Of a DNA stretch of 64,000 nt, positions 1 to 13,229 are shown in pieces. The position numbers and the translations under genes are program-made. Each line of letters opens with the position of its first letter. The first letter of the stretch is position 1. This stretch comes from Carcharhinus amblyrhynchos (lineage: Eukaryota). The stretch covers positions 19,902,001 to 19,966,000 of the forward strand of contig OZ336890.1 in NCBI GenBank assembly GCA_965287045.1, read 5' to 3'. The notes under the pieces were generated by a model. It made no database searches, had not been told where the DNA came from, and saw only the letters and a list, made by a program, of their open reading frames with translations.

Positions 1-699
1 GTTTTGATGCTATATTGTGGCAACATATATAAGTGCTAGTTATAGTGATAATGAATGTTACAACCTGTCTGAAACAGAGGGCTGTTGACTAATAAAAACC
101 ACAGGCAGCCAAGTGTTTTTTTCATTCCCTTGAAAAATATGGTGCAATAATCATTATTGCTATTACTTTAATATGGGCACTCAAAGAATGTGGCCTATGA
201 GACACACAAATATCTTGCTGTTTCATTCAACTGGATCTACTACTAGATAATAATAGCATTCTTTATATAAACAAAATATAATCTAAATTTTCATGTCCAG
301 ATTTACTCGTTTAGCCATTCGCTTTTCTATTGTAAAAGGCAGTGAGTGAAACTGAATTTGTTCTCATAGAGTATCATATTGCGCAATGTGATTCAAATTG
401 GTCTCATACACCCAAATACCAGACTGCATCTCACATTAGAGAACATTAAACAGCGATTTTAATTTGGGTCACAATTCAGCTGAGCATTAAGCCTTCATGA
501 CGTTCTTGATATGATGCACTGAAAGATTTTACTTCTGAGTCACATTTTACTATGAGTATTCCACCCAACTGATGTACATTATTTCTGATGTCAGTCCCAG
601 GGCCTACTTAAAGTGGGGATGTACCTCTTAAAACAAGGTTGCATTCTCTACTTGGATTTTTAACTGGGCAACTCTTTGAATACATGTTACCTTCAGAGA

Positions 700-2020
700 T
701 GGGACGAAGGATCCTGTCTCTTTTCTGCTGCCTGCTTGGAAGTCCTAGAGGAACAAATGAATCAATTAAGGGGCAACTACTCCCCAGAAGCCAGAAAAAT
801 GGTCCCAAAATTACAATGAAGCTGACATGAATATAGGTGGCTGAGAGGGTGCCTCCGCATCACCCCAAATCCTGAAATCATTGCAACAAGAGATTCAATG
901 ATCAATTAAGAGCAAAAAGGGTGAGTACAGCTATTCACCTTTCTACTTTTCTCAACACCACCTGGCAGTCTTGGCAGCCTTCTCCCCAATCACTCTCAAT
1001 GATTCCCTCTTTCTCACCCTTCAGCATACAATCACAATGGCACATTGCAACGTGATTTTTATCACTCCAAACCCACCCATCTTTTCCTTAGCTCCCTTCA
1101 AACCACGTACTGTCACTGTTCTCTTTTCACAGCCTATCACTTGCACAAGCATTAATTACTTCCAGCATTCCTTCCTCACATACACTTTTCCCATTATCTT
1201 CATAACATTGCATCCTCATTCCATCTTCCTTCTTCCCCATCTTTCAACACCTGCACTATATTCACAAGTTTTAAACATCTCCAATTACTTAGTGCTATAG
1301 AGAGGAATAAGATGGCTGAGGGGTTGGCATCATCACTGTCCTCAGCCATGCAGAGCAGGACACTGTGAAGTTTTGTGATTTAGACTGAGCCAGCAACATC
1401 AGAGAAAATGACAACATATCAGTATATGTTACTTGCAACCTCAGAAATGTGCTGCAGCTTCAAAGCTTCAAGCTTGATATTCAGTTATCCGCCAAGGTAA
1501 TTTTCATCTGACAACTTGACTCTTGTCCCTTTACTTTTCTGGGTGCCATGCTGCAAGAGGAGGAAAATCCTCCTGTGGGTGCACCATCACTTGTTTCATT
1601 CCCACCCCTTGTCACCAGCTTGGACATTGGCATTCCATGTGGGTTACATAGTGAGCCAGATGGAGTTGCATATGGTAAAATACCATACATCAGTGAGCCG
1701 CAAGACTTACTGATGGCAGGGATGTTTTGAAATTCTGTTCCAGGAGGGGAACATAGACATGAAAACTTTTTTGACTCAGCCATGGAAAGAAAACTGCTGG
1801 CCTCACACAAACGGAATTGTGACGTGTTGGAAGACCTGCCGAGTATCGTCAGTGCAACGGGTGAGAAATTGGAGGAGTCCACTTCCAGTCTTTGTGGCAT
1901 CATCACAGATGGCATCAGCACTCTACAATCTAACCACCAGGCATGATGCAGCCAGACTTTAGCACACGTCCATGTTTGCATGAAGCAGCTTTGGTGAAAG
2001 CTCAAATTCTGTCATGCAAA
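700..2020 (+). mobile_element. Degenerate Myb/SANT-like gene of a PIF/Harbinger transposon
   Basis: Frame-shifted fragments FSAACLEVLEEQM...VAERV...HCNKRFNDQLRAKR resemble the Myb/SANT trihelix motif (FSxxxLEVL...W.EVA...CRKRFNDL). Donor GTGAGT at 921, CT-rich intron to AG at 1300, later coiled-coil-like MERKLL...LEESTSSL. Confidence 0.6.
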
Positions 2021-4125
2021 TTCTAGACTGCAGTCCCAGCTTGGAGAAACAGATGTGCACCTTGGAATAAGTGGTGGTTTGAACCGTTAGACATTTGGGA
2101 GAAGCTGCCTATCTTCCACAGTCTGCTCATCCGCAGATTGGTGGAAATGATGACCACTACCACAGTGCATTTGGGAAAATATTTAGCACAGATGAAAATT
2201 TGTAACATGCTCACTCAACCTCTCAGTGGTTGAATGCTTTCCTAGTGAATAACTGAACCATATAGATTTGGAATGTCCCAAGTTTTCATCTTGGTGCGTG
2301 CTTGGATAATTGATCTTTGCAGTTGGGAGTGTGTCTGGGTTAGGGAGGATAAAATCAGCCAGATTCTTCACTTTTGATTGCTTGCAGCTCCAAGTACATT
2401 AGTTTAGACATTGAGTGACGGTTTCAGGTACAGCTGTACTAATCTCTTCCATCCACCTATTATGGTCAAATAGTCTTCTGATGTTCACTCTCAATACTCA
2501 CAGATGCTTAATGACCATTTGAGCATCCCACTGAAGGGCAATCAAAATCCATGTCATTCTAATCTCACAGGAGAGAAGTGGGAAGTGGGTAAAACAATGA
2601 CAAAATTGCAAAGGAATAAATCATCTTTCAGACCCATTCGTTTTGTGTAATTGCTTCATATTAATCTCATGTTCCTACACTTTGGGGTTTTCTTATTGTC
2701 TATTTATATAATACTCCCAAACCTGAGTTCTATTTCCCTTTGATGTGTTTTTTGAATAATTGCAAACACACCAGGCTTGCTGCAAAGAGGGGGCAAAACA
2801 ATTTACCACCAGTCCCTGTTGATTAATGGTCTGCTCGAAACCAGCTCAGGTAAAATGGAAATAAGAAGGGAATGATTTGGGATCACCCACATATGGAACT
2901 AATATGAACAGGCACAAGTTGTTACCATAAGTGGGTTTCCTCACATCTTCTCAAGTAAGATGACATTTGGCATCCAAATCATCCAGCAAATTATAGCTGC
3001 ATGTACATTGATGTGGTGTAATTTCACACTTCTATCGGGTTTAACACAGTAAGCTTTTATAAAAAATACCCAACTAATGACACATCATTTCCAGCAATAC
3101 ACATTGATACCCCGATTGTGTTTGAAATCTTCATTGTATATGGTGCAATGTTACCTATATTGAAAGGGAAGAACAGTATTAACCTTTGCATTTATTTATT
3201 GAATACAGTTGAAAGTAAAAGAAAATGCCCAGGTCTTAAAGTACAAACTACTTAAAATAATTGTCGTGATTAAAGATTTCAGTGTGAATTATTAAAAATA
3301 AAGAAATGTTGCAAAGTAGGAGGCTACAGATATGAGTATAAAAAGAATAAAAAGAATAACAAACTAATTTCTGAAAAGAACATGGCAAAAAGTGAGATCT
3401 AAAATAGAGATACTTCACGTTAGCAAGGACTCCCACTTAAGATTAACCTTAGTCTATGAACAGTTATTTCTAAGCATTCAACTTTAGAGTAAATTGTTTC
3501 AGAAGTGCCTGTGAATAAGCCTTCATTGTTCTTTTCAGCTGCTATACCAGTAAGGTAAATTATTTTATGTCCTCATAGAGTGTATCCCATTAATCTTTCT
3601 CTTTAGCAATGGTTCATTATTTTTATGTATGAGATGACATGCCAATAATGATTACCTCGAGACAAATATAAGTGTAGATGCCTCAGGAAGTTACAAAAGT
3701 TTTGTAGTACTTGTAAAAATGAATTCAACATTTACCTCTAGAACTAGAGAAACTCCAAAGGCATTGTTTCAGCAAATGATTCTATCAATAATAATGAGCT
3801 TTGAAAATTGCTTACAGATAGTGAGAAGTAGACCCAATCTTTATTGAGGAGCGTGCTACTTTAACAACTTTGTCGGCTACCGTTACCATTCAGTTGTCCC
3901 AGTATAAACTATGTAAAAGGAAAATTATTCCTCCGTGCATGAGATGCAGAAAGGTTGTAACTGCATTTATGAAGGGAGGATTATGTTGCACCTAGCTTCC
4001 AGAGAAAGTCTACCCGATGATCACCTGAAGAAGTACTCTCCAACCATTTTAAGCACAAGGTCACTTCTAGCATCAAAATGCAGCGCAAGATCTACTCTTA
4101 AAAATTTGACTTCACTGAAATCCTC

Positions 4126-5947
4126 CTAGATGTAGCTATGCATAACACTAAAATATTCTCGGTGTGACACCTGTGCTTGTACATTATCTGTGAGTGTTGT
4201 GAAGTCTGGGTTGTGGTTTGAGATGGATAGTCTCATACAATCTATCAGATGGGCATCTGTGAGATGAGTGTGACTCTTGAACTTGATGATTTTTACCTGG
4301 AAAAGCCAGAGGTATGTGGAATGAAAATAGGCCTTCATCTTGAGTGCACACAATGTCAGAAGAGGATACTTCTCTCTATTTACAAGACCCCAAAAGTCTT
4401 TGCCACTTGACCTAGCTTTCAACTCTCATTTTGCACGGTGATTATTTCCATGTCAAGCCCATGGCTTTGTTTGAACACCAGCTGAAATTTTGCTGTCCAC
4501 TTGAAGACAAACTGAATAATTTGAGGCATTTGAGACAAACATAATAATTTTGTTCCATCTTGTCTAACTCCTGAAATTGTCTGTTGAAATCCTTTTTCGG
4601 TTCGTTCAGGTGGTCAGAGAATTTATTTGGATGGAACCCTTTCTCCTTGACCTGTTGGATTTTCTCCAGATTCGGGAAGTACTCAGTAATTTTGCTCTTT
4701 AACTGGGAGGACCACAGGCCCAGTTTCAACTTTAACACATTCACTGCACTGATCATGTGTGACCAGTCTCTGTCTCTCCCCTGCAGTTCACAGTTCAGCC
4801 CACTCAATTTTACACTTATGTCCGTAAGAGATGTCAAATCTAGCATAGCTCACCTCATTTCTTGATTTAAGAAAGCTGAAATTTCAGGGAGTAGATCTAA
4901 AAATCTCTGGAGGACTTCTCCTCGACTTAACCACCTCACATCTGTATAAAGGATTAGCTCACTATAGGTGGCATTAAGCTTTTCAAGTAACAATTTGAAC
5001 AAACAATGTTGCAGAGTTCTGGCACAAATTAAGCTAATGATCTTGACAATAATTGTCATTACATGAGAAAAATCAATAACTTTGTTCGCAAACATTTGTT
5101 GGTAAATAACACGGTGGTAATTGACAAAGAAGGGGAATACAGCATCATTTCTACAAAGTGCAACCTGCACTGACACCCAGCATTGATGGTGCACCATCAG
5201 TAGTGATTGAAACCAGTTTCAATTTTAAATTTAGATTTAATTTAGTTTAATTTTAAAACCGTTTTCATTCGTTGTCCTCTTTTTGAGAGGCAAAAGAATG
5301 AGGAAGCCCTCCTTTCTTGTTGCATCTGTGAATGTATTGCGAACAAAATAAAAAGCTGGGTCATATCAGTCATGTCTCTTGACGCATCAGACTGCAGTGA
5401 GAAACATTCACAGCTCGATAAGTCTTGGTGTATTTGCTGAGACCCACCTTCGTACAATTCCACTCTTCTGGCCATTGTTAAAACATTAAGCAGCATGCTT
5501 CTGATGGCTGTCATAATTTCATCTTTGTTTTTAAAGTCTTTGAACAAGATGTCGACAGCAACCATAATAGCTTCCGTGATAACTTCGCCATCGATAAACA
5601 GTTGCTTATGTTTTGCCAGAAGATGGCTAATGCAAAAAGACACCTCTTTGCGAGCCTTGCCGTTAGCCACAGGTTTTCAAAAGACCAATTGTTGAGCTTG
5701 CAGTATTCCCTTTAACTCCCAACTTTCTTTGTCTGAATGGCACTGTTTAAAGAGAAATGTTCTTGAAATTTTACATGTGTTGTCTTGTGATGCCATTCCA
5801 AATTACCCCTTGTACTCAAGGCCAAACCCTGTTGACAAATAAGACAAATGGTTTTGCCTTTAGCATTCATGAAAAGAAATTCACTTTCCCATTCCTGGTG
5901 GAAATGGTAGGTTTTTACCCTCTTGAAGCCCCTGGCACCTTGCTCAT
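4126..5947 (-). mobile_element. Decayed hAT transposase (Charlie/SPIN/GTF2IRD2-like)
   Basis: Collinear broken ORFs with YHFHQEWESEFLF...ICLIC (N-terminal Zn motif), FSLQSDASRD, SITTDGAPSM, LYTDVRWLSRG, FHSTYL and terminal QAQVSH; many stops and frameshifts. Confidence 0.9.
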
Positions 5948-7013
5948 TATTTTGTCTTCACCCAGCTGGGCCCACGTTTAGGCACCTGCAATCTGGCAGT
6001 CAATGAGCTGATTCGCTCATCATCACAAGAAGTCCGAGACTCATGCATTTTGGCAGTGGTTCAGCAGACAATGACAATCAAGTTTTTGAGACTCTGCAAT
6101 TGACTATTTGGAGACCACATTCCTAAAGTAAGGAACTGAATATTTCTAATGTCCACAGACATTTCAAAATGGGCATTGATTTAATTATGTCGCATCAGGT
6201 CCATGAAATATAGGATGTCACACATTGAGCATTTGTCCTGAAGAAAATGAGCACTTCAGACCTTTTTCCATTCAAAATAATTTCAAATAGGACTTTTACA
6301 GTCAATAGAAGAAAACTTCATCTCTTCATTCTTAGCTTGATTTGAACTTTCCCAGTAGCGAAAACTCATGTAACTCAATTTACCGCCCAATTCCATTTTG
6401 CAACTTACCCCTATTTCACATCTCACTCAGATAATGAAACCCATCACACATTATATAATCCACATATATTTATATCTCCCCCATCCTGCCATTGCAGCAC
6501 AGATAAGTTTAGATAAAATTTGTGACTTTGATCAAATTAATCATCATGTGTTACTGATAATCAGACTGATATTCATCTAGATGTATCAAGCAATTTGTGA
6601 CAATGGTGAATAAGTGCAAAATGAAAAGGCTTAGCTGTGTATCGGATAACTGAATAATTAACTCATTTTAGTGGGATCCCTGATTTGTCATCTTCACAGA
6701 TATCCCAATTTTCAAAATCCCATTCCAAAGATACACTATGAGTATTGCCATTTCCATTGCTCCCTCCTTGTAACCCTGCTGTATGAACCATTCTACCCAT
6801 GTTGAGATTCTCCAGGTATGTTTGTACGTTTGTGTGAAACATTTACTATCTAGATTCTAGAAGCCTAACAATCCTCTTAATGCTAAAACGTGTTATTCTC
6901 CAAATTTCTGAACTACTAATGAAACGGTCAGTTTCTAACATGATTAGAACTGGCTAATTAAGAGATTTGCCCACTTCTTAATAACATGGTTAATTTTCTT
7001 TCCATACTATTGA

Positions 7014-7294
7014 GGGCAACAAGGTGGCACGTTGGTTAGCACTGTTGCCTCACAGTGCCAGGAACCCGGATTCAATTCTCAGCTTGGGTCACTGTCTGGG
7101 CAGAATTGCACATTCTCTCCATGTCTGTGTGGGTTTCACAGTTCAAAAGACATGCAGATTAGGTGCATTGGTCATGCTATATTCCTCCTCAGTATACCCG
7201 AACAGGCACCACAGTGTGGCAACTCAGGGATTTTCACAGAAACTTCGCTGCAGTGTTAATGTAAGTCTACTTGTGACATGAATAAATAAAGCTT
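7014..7294 (+). mobile_element. tRNA-derived SINE (HE1/V-SINE-like head, AATAAA tail)
   Basis: A-box TGGCACGTTGG and B-box GGATTCAATTC-like; shared with several other copies in the window. Confidence 0.85.
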
Positions 7295-7546
7295 AGAAAA
7301 GGGTTTTTTTTGTGCTGATTTGGACCTGCAATTATGATTTTGCAATGTTTCTTCAGCAACTAAATAGCCACTTGATAGGCATAAATGTTGCTAAAGTTCA
7401 ACAATTCAGCCCTGATGTGTGCAATAGTTTAAAAACATGTTTGAGTGCCAACAGTAAAGAAGGTTAATTCAGGCATGGGGCCTGCATATACTGGTAAGCG
7501 TAATAAAGCAGCAATGTTGTGCCAAAATAATCCATTAATATTCAAA

Positions 7547-8261
7547 GGGCCAGATTTTGCTAGAGTGGGGTAACATATGGCATGCACTGTTAGTTGTTTG
7601 TGCACATTTACATGTTAAAAGCTTTTGCCTACTATGTTACTGGAAATGTGAACTGGTAATGGTGCATCAAAGGTTTCTGGGACTCTGATTAACAACAGAC
7701 AATGTATGTACTCAACCAATGGGATTTAAGGATTGGTAATTAAGCAGAGGAAGGATGGAGGAGGAGAATAATTTTGAATGGACAAATACAATATCAGGTC
7801 TTGATAGAAAGAAAGAGAGAGAAAGAGAAATTAAGAATGGAGAAAAAAAGATGAAAAGGAAATGTAAGTTTATTTTTCTTAATTTGACATTTTCAAAATT
7901 ACCTAAAACTTTTCACCTCATAAGTAATTAAGCTCCACATGTATCTGTGCACTTTCCGGGCAAGAAGTGTTGATCGTTGTCATTAACAATGATTACATTG
8001 TTAAAAATATGCTTATGCTATAAGTACTAGACTTAACTCTCTATGATGAGTTTAATGGAAAATGAATTTGTAAATACAGCAGTTCCATGAAAACCTTTGA
8101 CTGTTAAGCATGTCATGCTATTTTTTTAAAAATGAATGGAAGGGCAGAATTTCTGATGGTTCAGAATTTATAGGGTAAATGTTCCTTGACTGCCTGATTT
8201 GTACATTAATAATGGCACATGTTGTTCAGACACCGATGTTTTTTTCAGTAAAATTTGTCCC
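7547..8261. mobile_element. Putative non-autonomous DNA transposon
   Basis: Imperfect TIRs GGGCCAGATTTTGCT ... AGTAAAATTTGTCCC. Confidence 0.5.
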
Positions 8262-8634
8262 ATTTAAGAGCTGGAAGAGTCAGAGTAAATCTTCAGACAA
8301 GGTCAAGCCTATCTAGATCATTTGGATCATTTGGCAGAAAGTCCAGAAATTGGAAACACAATCCCTATAGACAGGTTTATGATTTTGTTACAGAGGAAGC
8401 TATTATTGATTGGCAATGAGATTGTAGAAATTGGAGAATGTAATGAACAAAGTTAAAAATGCCTTTTTTATAAGTAGATTGTTGATTTTTGTATTTGCCA
8501 TTTTTCTCACCTTTTACTAGCCATTTTAACTCTTGTTCAAATAGCAGGAACATTCTCAGCTACTGTCAACTGGCATCAATCACATTTTTTGCTATGGTCA
8601 TTTACACCAGAAAATTCAAATCAGTTCATGATGT

Positions 8635-8930
8635 ACAAACAATACAGTTCAGGAATAGGCTCTTCGGCCCACCAAGCTTGCGACAATATGTGGTTTCTAT
8701 CCCTCAGTTTGCCTCCCGTGTCTATCAAGATATGCCTTGAACATTGCTAATACCTCCTGCTTCTACCACCTCCACTGACAGTGTGTTCCAGGCACCCATC
8801 ACCCTCTGAGTGAAAAACTTTCCCCATATGTCTCCCCTAAACTTACCTCCTCTCATCTTAAACCTGATAAAAAAAAGTGCCCTCATGTCGTTGACCTTTC
8901 GATCCTGGGAAAAAACCTCTGACTATGTAG
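8635..8930 (-). mobile_element. CR1-type LINE 3' fragment
   Basis: Similar to the other CR1 3' ends in the window (caccaccctctgxgtgaaaaa motif). Confidence 0.7.
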
Positions 8931-9125
8931 GACAATCAGGGAAATTCAGGAACTATTCTAAACATTGAAAGTAAACAAGTATTAAGTAAACAAAGCAACA
9001 GTTGGTGGTTGACTTACTAATGAATATAGTCAATGAAAGAAGTCAAATAGTGACAGAGTAACTTTGTTCCCGCGTGGATATGCACTAAAACATGTTTTCT
9101 GAACTTCCATATTGGCAAGAACCAT

Positions 9126-9253
9126 GGGTGGGATTTTATGGTCTCGCTCGTCCCAAAACTGTAAAATCCCATCTGCGATCAACAAACCTTCCCATGGAAC
9201 ATCTCTCGCTCGCTACAATTCCCACAGTGGGCAAGGTGGTAAAATTCTGGCCC
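9126..9253. mobile_element. MITE
   Basis: TIRs GGGTGGGATTTTA ... TAAAATTCTGGCCC. Confidence 0.6.
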
Positions 9254-9704
9254 ATAGGTGAGTAAAGTGCAAATTTGAAAAGCTCATAAGACACAAGTAC
9301 AAATAACTGAATAACCATTTTCTGTGCTAAATTTCACTGATTACGCTTTTAATACTCACATATGATATGTTTTATAGTAAGCTAATCTGATCAACTAATT
9401 TCATTTAAGTTATTTTACTCTATAATCTCTTCTACTATCCATCTTTAAGTATTATTTGTTTGCTTCCATTGAGATTTTCATTTGCTTGTATCATTTGCTC
9501 AATCACTTAAACTTCTGATTACATCAGCTTTTGCTGTTGAACTTAAATTTAATGCATTTAACATTCATTTTCCTTTCTTTTATTTCTTGGAGTCCTTATA
9601 TTATTAACATTTTTCCCTCTCTGCCATTCCTGGTTGATTCTTAACTAATAGCTTTGATATTTATTTACCTTATTCTGATTCTAACCGGCTAATTAAAAGA
9701 ATTA

Positions 9705-9843
9705 AGAAGCTTTGATAAAGGATCATTTGGACTTAAAACATCGGTCCTTTTCTCTCCTTACAGAGGCTGCCAGACTTGTTGAGATTTTCCAGCATTTTCT
9801 CTTTTCATTTCAGATTCCAGCATCCGCAGTAATTTGCTTTTAA
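9705..9843. mobile_element. Penelope-like terminal fragment
   Basis: gagattttccagcattttc...cagattccagcatccgcagtaatttgctttta, shared with copies at 11150, 39540 and 57765. Confidence 0.6.
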
Positions 9844-9880
9844 TTGGAATAATTCTCCCACTTTTCAGTTGTTACAGGGC

Positions 9881-10709
9881 TGTTACGATGGTTTTCTTAG
9901 TGTATTTAAAACTACTGTTCCCCTCAAGTAGACAGATAAAGTCACAGAGTGATTTCAAGATGATTTATTAAAAGACGACCAAAGCAATAGGACTCCGAAT
10001 GAAGTCATTCAGACCATTCAAAGTGAAAAATTCAAAACACATAAACAATTATAGTTTCAAGTCCAATTACAAGTAATTAGAACATATCAATAAGAGAATA
10101 GGAGTTATTTTTAACCAAACATAGTTATGAATTGATGCTACAACATATAAAAGTACAGTTTTTAAAACCAATCACAATTGCCTTACACTTGCTTAACTAT
10201 AATATCAGTTGACGTAAGGTTTTTACTTGCCTCAATTGAGTATTGTTTTCCACTATCTTTTACGCATCCCAGCTGTGTCTGGATATTAAACATGAATCAT
10301 TACCTTGTCCAATGCATGATTTAAAGGCCTTCTCTCAGCAGTGTATCTTTCTCTCTTCCTTATCTGAAGGTTAGGTGTCTGGAACTAGCTGCTTACTATC
10401 CTGTATTTAAACATTGTGTAGGCTTTTGCTATTTGTCTCTGTTAATTGTTTTAGTGGACACAGTCATTAATATGACTATTATTTTCTCCATAGTTATCAG
10501 TATGGGTATTAATCTCCCTCATCAACCATTGTGTTTAAATATTTCCCATATTAAAGGGTGTTATAAGGTTTATTTATGCTGATTTCCTATCATCCAGTGC
10601 TCCCTTAAATTTTTACTGTTTTGTCAGGTATTGAATCCTTAAAACTTAACCAGAATGGGTAAACTATGTGGATTATCTTGTCTCCTTTAGGGGTTCAGGA
10701 ACAATAACA
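9881..10709. mobile_element. Candidate solo LTR
   Basis: TGTTA...TAACA termini; flanks AGGGC/TGTGC give only a partial TSD. Confidence 0.35.
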
Positions 10710-11151
10710 TGTGCTATATACAGTCACCCATTGAGTAAAATAAACTGGAGTGTGAGGAAGCACCATTAAAGTCAATATTCACATACAATATATTCAGGAT
10801 GGTCTAACTATTAGGGAGAATTTGGGAACCCAAGCAGTAATCAATCCAAAGATGGGTCCTTGAAAAGCATAACATTGCTAAATCCTAAAGCACTTACATT
10901 CATTGCTGCAGATCCAGAAGTGGAAAAGGCACTGGAAAGGATCAAGGGAAGCAAGTAGATCATGGATTTCACCATATTTCAATGTAAATAAATTCTGCAT
11001 ATTATTACATTTAGAGAGTAGTTGCTTAAATCTATGATCACCAGCCTTTTGGCTTATCATATCAAGTGTCTGGTTCTTATTTAGAAGTAGAGCTACTGAG
11101 GAAAAATGTTATTGCTTAATATGGATAAAAGGGAACGTTAGGTAATTGGCA

Positions 11152-11400
11152 CAATAACAGCAAATGCTGGAAAAGCTTAGCAGGTCTGACAGCACCTGTG
11201 GGGAGACAATAGAGCCATCGTTCGACTCTAGATGATCTTTCATCAGAGCTGTCTGTGGGGAGAGAATAGAGCCATCGTTCGACTCTAGATGATCCTTCAT
11301 CAGAGCTGTCTGTGGGGAGAGAATAGAGCCAACATTTCGAGTGTAGATGACACTTCATTAGAGCCGTCCAGCTTCTAGCATCTGCAGTATTTTGCTTTTA
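11152..11400. repeat. Penelope-like fragment with three tandem 57-bp units
   Basis: Units start at 11196, 11253 and 11310 (ctgtggggagagaatagagcca...gatgatccttcatcagagctgt). Confidence 0.8.
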
Positions 11401-11854
11401 TATTAGGTAATTGAGTATTGTATGGATGAATGTGTCTTTAAGGAAAAGCTCGTGTCACCTCTTAGGTCAACATGTCTCAAGTAAAGGATACAAGTAACAC
11501 CATATCTTATAGAACAATTAAAATAAATTGATTGAATCCACGGCGCAAAGGAAGAGACTTGGCAACGCAGCTATCCCACATTCTTTGGGTGAAAAAATGT
11601 GTTCAGGATGTTGCTTGCTTATTTGCCTGCTTGTTAGTTTGTTTCTTTATGTATTTGTAAGTAATTCATAAGATCCCTGTCTAGTTTTAGACTACGGAGA
11701 AAGTTTATGTAATGTTAACCATATTCTCTTTCTGTTTAATTTGAGGGCCTACTTCTCTAATGCTGACAGTGAATTATTTCATAAAAACACAAATCTGTAT
11801 TCCAATTGCTGAACTAAATGTACTCTGTCTTCTTCCCCTCTATGTGTGCATGTG

Positions 11855-13008
11855 TGTTGTAAGAATTGTCTCTATTGAGGATTGAATTAAGGGTTTATGA
11901 GTGGATTATATTGAGAGTGTGACTGTTCAAATGATTCTCTGTGAGGAGATTGACATTGTCGAATGAATTTATGTACAGTAGTTTGGAAGAATCTTTTACC
12001 TTTATTTCGATGTACTGTAAAGAAAACATTAGTGTATAAAGTATAAGCAAAGATAAGAATTAAGAGAGATAATACGATTAGATACATAATTTGGTTTGTT
12101 TCAGAGGCATTTTCATATTTTGGGGGGAGGAGGTGATTTAACTGTTTCTATTCTGGATTATATTAAGGGTTAAGAAGAATTTTGGTTTCAATTTAAGATG
12201 AATTGGGCTTTATGTTTGGTTGGTTTAGAATGCCTGTGTGTTTTCAAACAATGTTTGGACTTTAGAGCCTAGTGAGAGGTTTTTAGAAGCAAGAAACCCC
12301 TGAAGTTGCGATGGAGAAAAATGGCAACTGAGTTATGCTCTGCTACAAAAGGAAAACTTGTTGCTTTTTTAAGAAATAAAATAATGTAATAAAAGCTGAC
12401 CTGGAAGCTGCAGACATCCAGTCTGTTGTGCTTAACCAGAGAACTCAGTCTTGTCTGTTAAGAGAGAAAAAGGACTTCTAGAGAACTGAATAGGACCAAG
12501 CTCAGGAAAGAGGCAAAGTCTAGCTACAGAATGGGCACCAATGGAGTGTCTATGTGTGTCAGGCGGGTTGTGATGTTTAACCATCAATGATGCCTATACT
12601 TGGACCAGGAGTTCATATTGGTAGAAAGATACCATAGATCTGAGCTGTGGCCTGTGCAGCCAAATGCCTCCCGGACTATGAATGTTTAAAAGTCTATCGG
12701 AGTGAAAGCCAAAGTAAAAAGTTAAGCTGGATTAAACCTGTTGAATTGAGTTGAAGGTAGAAGTTCATATTGTTTAGAATCATTGATGTATTTGTTCAGT
12801 GTTCCTTTTTATTCATTATTGCTTATTTGTTTTGTTGACGTTTGCATGGCAAAGATTATTTCAATGCGTCAGTTTAATCTTGGAGACCTGATACATATTT
12901 CCTTACACTTGGTTCTTCCATGCGTTACATTCTTTAAATGATTATGGCCCATCAAGCCAGTATATAAGTATTAGGCTTTCCAGTATTCTCATAGCCAGAG
13001 TCACAACA
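11855..13008. mobile_element. Solo LTR (~1.15 kb)
   Basis: TGTTGT...ACAACA inverted termini; flanking ATGTG/ATGTC near-perfect 5-bp TSD; internal AATAAA. Confidence 0.6.
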
Positions 13009-13090
13009 ATGTCCTTGACTTTTATTGAATCAATTTCCACTTCAGTATTCACAACAGAATGCTACTCAGATCAGACCCTCCATTTGTACA

Positions 13091-13117
13091 TGTGTGTGTG
13101 TGTGTGTGTATGTGTGT
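13091..13117. repeat. (TG)n microsatellite
   Basis: tgtgtgtgtgtgtgtgtgtatgtgtgt. Confidence 0.9.
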
Positions 13118-13229
13118 ACACATATAATTCATGTTATCACGGATCTTGGTTACACTTTTTGTCAACATTTAACATTAAAACCACTAACGTAAAACATTTA
13201 GAATTAATGAAACACTACATTATATTACA

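Noticed and set aside
7014-7090. tRNA genes at SINE heads
   Set aside because: A/B boxes only; the sequence continues into the SINE body and no full cloverleaf is evident.
11109-11400. 57-bp repeats as a CRISPR-like array or repeat protein
   Set aside because: Head-to-tail units with no unique spacers, in eukaryotic transposon context.
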